DNA from: Chitinophagaceae bacterium | Lineage (GTDB): Bacteria; Bacteroidota; Bacteroidia; Chitinophagales; Chitinophagaceae | Length of the DNA stretch: 64,000 bases | Direction of reading: 5' to 3' | NCBI GenBank assembly: GCA_947379895.1 | Contig: CANCPA010000001.1 | Coordinates: forward strand, 6,286 to 70,285 | In this document: positions 60,745 through 64,000 of the stretch, in pieces | Layout of the letters: each line of letters starts with the position of its first letter | How positions within the stretch are numbered: position 1 is the first letter of the stretch | Translations under genes and position numbers: made by a program | The notes under the pieces: generated by a model | Seen by the model: the letters and a program-made list of their open reading frames with translations, nothing else | Databases searched by the model: none | What the model was told of the DNA's origin: nothing

Positions 60745-62238
60745 TTATCCTTTAGAAAGTAGCCACATATCAGGTATATAAACATGATATGTATCTCCCA
60801 ACCATTTAGTAAAAGACCATAACCACTTTGAAGAAACGATACCTTCTTTATTCTTTACTAATTCTTGAAAACCATCATTCATTGCATCCTCATATTTAAT
60901 ACAATAATAGATAGGGGTTTGAGTTTTAGTCTGTATGGCATTTAGAAAGGCAACTTTATCTTTAATAATGGTAAATTGCAACTTATTCTCACATAGAAAA
61001 TGATACTCCAAATTACTTTCTGTTGTGTAAGGGCTTTGCTTATAACAGACAATTGGATTGTTAGATGAATTAACAAAGCGATTATTTATTTCTCTAATGA
61101 ACTTTACAGGTTGCTTATAAGGTTCTACAGCTAATAATAGTACAAATAATAGGTTGATGCTTATTGAAAAAGCGACTCCTCCTTTTATCAACCATCCATA
61201 ATATTTATTTGTCCATAAATTACGTACAAGTTGTTGTGTTACCAATGTACTTCTATATCCTTCCGCAGCAAGATAAACCATGAAATACATGACAGGGAAT
61301 ACAAACCGTTCCTCCTTATGACCTACCATACTATGCCCTACAATAAAAAACAACATCGCTATTGCATAAGGGTTTTTAATATTTTTTAGACTCTTTGCAA
61401 ACAACCCAAATATTCCAAAAGAAAGTAAAGGAACTGTTAGTGCAGCAAGAATAGCGATATAATACCACCACGGGGAGGTTCCGAATGCTGCGGCTTTTCC
61501 TAAAACTATATTGGCATAATAATAATTATAGGGTGTGAAACAAAATTTGCCATAAAAACTTGTATCTAGATACATATTGATGGCACAACCTATTAGAAAC
61601 CCAATTTTGATGGCTATCATTTTTTGCCATGCCTTTGGATTTGTTATTAATACCCATAATCCAAGCCCTATAAAGCAAAACGCCACTTGAAAACGAAAGA
61701 AGAAGGAGAAACCCATGATGAGTCCTGCCAATAAAGACCAACTTAGCTTTTTTTCAATCATACTCTTTTCTAGTATTAATATGGAAAAAAGCAAGGTCAA
61801 TCCTCCTAATGCCTCTGCACTAAAACTGCATCTTAAAAAAGGGACGATGCCTAAGAAGTTGGTTAGTAATAATAAGATGAAAAGGTATTTTTCTTGATAA
61901 AACTTTTTTATAATCAGATAATTACACAAAACAAATCCTGCAATTCCTACTATTAAATGTACAAAAGAAAAGATAAAAAACCGATTTGAAATACCGATTA
62001 ATGTCATCAATTTATAGAACCAAACAAATAAATAGGGCTGTATTGATGGTCTTATTTGAGAAGAGAATTCCCAAGGAAGTGTCTTTACAGATGTAAGTCC
62101 GAGTTTATAGGAGGCGAATTCTATTATCTGAAAATATTCATCAGAATGGAAGAAGTAGGTATTCCAAGCTGTAAGCATTTGTATGATAAATGCCACTATT
62201 AATAACAGAATAATTTTTTTATCGATAAATCGAAACAT
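60745..62238 (-). CDS. GT-C fold glycosyltransferase, GT22 (Alg9/PIG-B-like mannosyltransferase)
   Basis: Multi-TM; first-loop motif HSDEYFQIIEFA and GHKEERF resemble PIG-B 'PDEYWQSLE' and 'HKEFRF'. Confidence 0.75.
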   Translation of the reverse strand: MFRFIDKKIILLLIVAFIIQMLTAWNTYFFHSDEYFQIIEFASYKLGLTSVKTLPWEFSSQIRPSIQPYLFVWFYKLMTLIGISNRFFIFSFVHLIVGIAGFVLCNYLIIKKFYQEKYLFILLLLTNFLGIVPFLRCSFSAEALGGLTLLFSILILEKSMIEKKLSWSLLAGLIMGFSFFFRFQVAFCFIGLGLWVLITNPKAWQKMIAIKIGFLIGCAINMYLDTSFYGKFCFTPYNYYYANIVLGKAAAFGTSPWWYYIAILAALTVPLLSFGIFGLFAKSLKNIKNPYAIAMLFFIVGHSMVGHKEERFVFPVMYFMVYLAAEGYRSTLVTQQLVRNLWTNKYYGWLIKGGVAFSISINLLFVLLLAVEPYKQPVKFIREINNRFVNSSNNPIVCYKQSPYTTESNLEYHFLCENKLQFTIIKDKVAFLNAIQTKTQTPIYYCIKYEDAMNDGFQELVKNKEGIVSSKWLWSFTKWLGDTYHVYIPDMWLLSKG

Positions 62239-62239
62239 C

Positions 62240-62333
62240 GTTGCTAGTTGTCGGTTTTAAGTTATACGTTTTAAGTTATACGTTTAAAATTTTAAAAACT
62301 TACAACTTAAAACGTATAACCTACAACTCATAA
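62240..62333. repeat. Inverted heptamer/14-mer array element
   Basis: TTTTAAGTTATACG x2 on the left; GTTATACGTTTTAA (62261-62274) pairs perfectly with TTAAAACGTATAAC on the right. Confidence 0.85.
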
Positions 62334-63107
62334 TTACCAAAGAAATAGTGGGAGTAACCAAAACGGAGATACATAGAACGGGTTGTAGTATGGCTCGTAA
62401 TAATTATCATAATAGGTCGTTTCTTCAACCACAGTTTCCTCTACTTGATTGTTATTATTGGCCGCATTATATTGTGCTTCTTCCGCATTTCTTTTTGCCT
62501 CTTCTTTCAATATATCTGTCAACAGATTAGCTCCCTGTTCTATGATATCTTGAATAACATCATCACCAAGTTCTGCAGGCTTAATAGCTGTATCACAAAT
62601 TTTCTCAATCTCATTCCAAATAGCACTAGATACCAAATCCATTTGCCACCCCGTAGCCTGAGTATCAAATCTATTTTCATTAATAAAAGACATAAAAACA
62701 ATCTCGGCAGGATTCAATTTCTTGAAGATAGCAACGGCAAGACGTACATCATCAAAACGATTATCATTTTTATATCTATCCCACTCTGCATCGGTATTAA
62801 AGTCAAAATATTTACTAAACGCAAACTCTCCTTTCTCCAAATCTACAAAACCATAGATATCATATATCTTAAGGTACTCGGAATATCGCTTCATGAATAA
62901 ATCAAAGGCTTCCTGTCCCTTTTGGGTGACTGAATATTTATTATTACCTACAGATAAATACCCTTTAGAAAGCAATTCTACCAATAATGGTTCTATTACT
63001 TTATCATCGGGTTGTGCAATAGCTGTAAATACCCTGCCCTTATTTATAATTTCATCTAACAGGATAATACTTGAAAAACTCTTTTTATCAATATCGCTTA
63101 CGTACAT
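62334..63107 (-). CDS. Hypothetical protein in the pspA operon (possible winged-helix N-terminus)
   Basis: 257 aa; LLSKGYLSVGNNKYSVTQKG resembles a winged-helix wing; acidic/Tyr-Pro-rich tail ending FWLLPLFLW. Confidence 0.75.
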   Translation of the reverse strand: MYVSDIDKKSFSSIILLDEIINKGRVFTAIAQPDDKVIEPLLVELLSKGYLSVGNNKYSVTQKGQEAFDLFMKRYSEYLKIYDIYGFVDLEKGEFAFSKYFDFNTDAEWDRYKNDNRFDDVRLAVAIFKKLNPAEIVFMSFINENRFDTQATGWQMDLVSSAIWNEIEKICDTAIKPAELGDDVIQDIIEQGANLLTDILKEEAKRNAEEAQYNAANNNNQVEETVVEETTYYDNYYEPYYNPFYVSPFWLLPLFLW

Positions 63108-63131
63108 AGATTTATGATTAGAATGATTATT

Positions 63132-63272
63132 TAGGTAATAAGTTGTAGGTTGTAAGTATTAGGTTTTTAAAAAAGAAAACAATTGTAAAACAAATACATT
63201 TCCAATAATTTAAGTTGCAAACCCACGCCCCTATACCTTTTACCTAATACTTATTACCTATTACTTACAACT
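63132..63272. repeat. Inverted heptamer-array element
   Basis: TAGGTAATAAG pairs with CTTATTACCTA; AAGTATTAGGT pairs with ACCTAATACTT; 7-nt periodic arms. Confidence 0.8.
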
Positions 63273-63971
63273 TTACTTGCCTTCATTTCTTTTGGCCCTT
63301 ATCGCATCTAATGCTGATGTGCCCGAAGAAGTCCCTAATATCTTATTAATTTCTTGTTCCGACGACAAAGTAGTATCCCTTACTTCAGCATAAGCCTGTG
63401 ACCTAAATTCTTGTGCAGTTACTTTTGAGTCCATTCTATCCAATGTGCCCATTAAGCCATCAGTATCAACATTTGACAATGTCTTATTTATTTTCTCACT
63501 CACATCTGCAGTCTTTGCCCTTGATTTCAATAGATTAATTCTATTTTCAGCCTCAGAAATTCGATCTTTTAATTGTTGAATAGCCGTTTCCATTACTTCT
63601 AATGCCTGTTCTTCCTTGTTTGCCATACTTGCAAATTCATCAGCATGTTTAATTGCTTGTTGTCCACTTTCAGCAGCAGTTTCTGCGAGTGAATTTCCTT
63701 TAGCAGCGTCTAATTTCCCTGCCTCAACCATATCTAGCAAGTCATTCGCCTTCTTTTCCCACTCTTCCCCTTTTGTTCTTGCTTTATTTTCTTCAGCCCT
63801 ATGTTGCAAGGCAGCTGCTTTTACTTCTGCTTCTCCGGCTATTGCTTCCTGATAATTCTCTTTTAACTCACGCAATACCTGATCTGCCATCTTAATTGGA
63901 TCTTCAAATTTATCTACTACGGCATTTGCTTCTGACTTACCTATTCTAAAAATTCTTTCAAATAGTCCCAT
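63273..63971 (-). CDS. pspA: PspA/IM30 family protein (bacterial ESCRT-III-like)
   Basis: MGLFERIFRI...DKFEDPIKM N-terminus followed by a long coiled coil. Confidence 0.93.
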   Translation of the reverse strand: MGLFERIFRIGKSEANAVVDKFEDPIKMADQVLRELKENYQEAIAGEAEVKAAALQHRAEENKARTKGEEWEKKANDLLDMVEAGKLDAAKGNSLAETAAESGQQAIKHADEFASMANKEEQALEVMETAIQQLKDRISEAENRINLLKSRAKTADVSEKINKTLSNVDTDGLMGTLDRMDSKVTAQEFRSQAYAEVRDTTLSSEQEINKILGTSSGTSALDAIRAKRNEGK

Positions 63972-64000
63972 GATTGTATTTATTTATATAATGATTAAAG

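Noticed and set aside
1-64000. tRNA, rRNA, riboswitch or transposase/integrase genes
   Set aside because: No cloverleaf, rRNA-like tract, recognisable aptamer or DDE/tyrosine-recombinase motif was seen by eye. A tRNAscan/Infernal run would be needed to exclude weak hits.

Overview
AT-rich chromosomal window from a Bacteroidota bacterium, probably Chitinophagaceae-like. This is inferred from TAnnTTTG -7 promoters, T9SS C-terminal domains and the gene families present. Housekeeping blocks are asnS-ctaA, ddl/PASTA/rhodanese, glyA, rimP-nusA-infB-prmA and tatA-tatC-gatA/rplS. Accessory genes include a TetR-controlled TolC/ABC efflux operon, a ~4,500-aa T9SS-secreted adhesin-like protein with autotransporter-type repeats, a lone GH106, cidA/lrgB, a class I isoprenoid-synthase-fold gene, a GT22 (PIG-B-like) mannosyltransferase and a PspA operon. 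No rRNA, tRNA, CRISPR array or transposase was seen. The most unusual signal is non-coding. (1) There are three 21-bp-periodic arrays. Two of them lie upstream of two unannotated, signal-less, equally long (221 aa) helical + Ig/FN3-like genes, and each of those genes also has a long perfect palindrome upstream. (2) A ~150-165 bp MITE-like family has GTTACTAC termini and, in one copy, an exact 8-bp target-site duplication. (3) Inverted heptamer arrays recur in gene spacers. (4) There is a candidate sigma54-driven ~80-nt sRNA. Everything was read by eye; no database search or folding computation was run.
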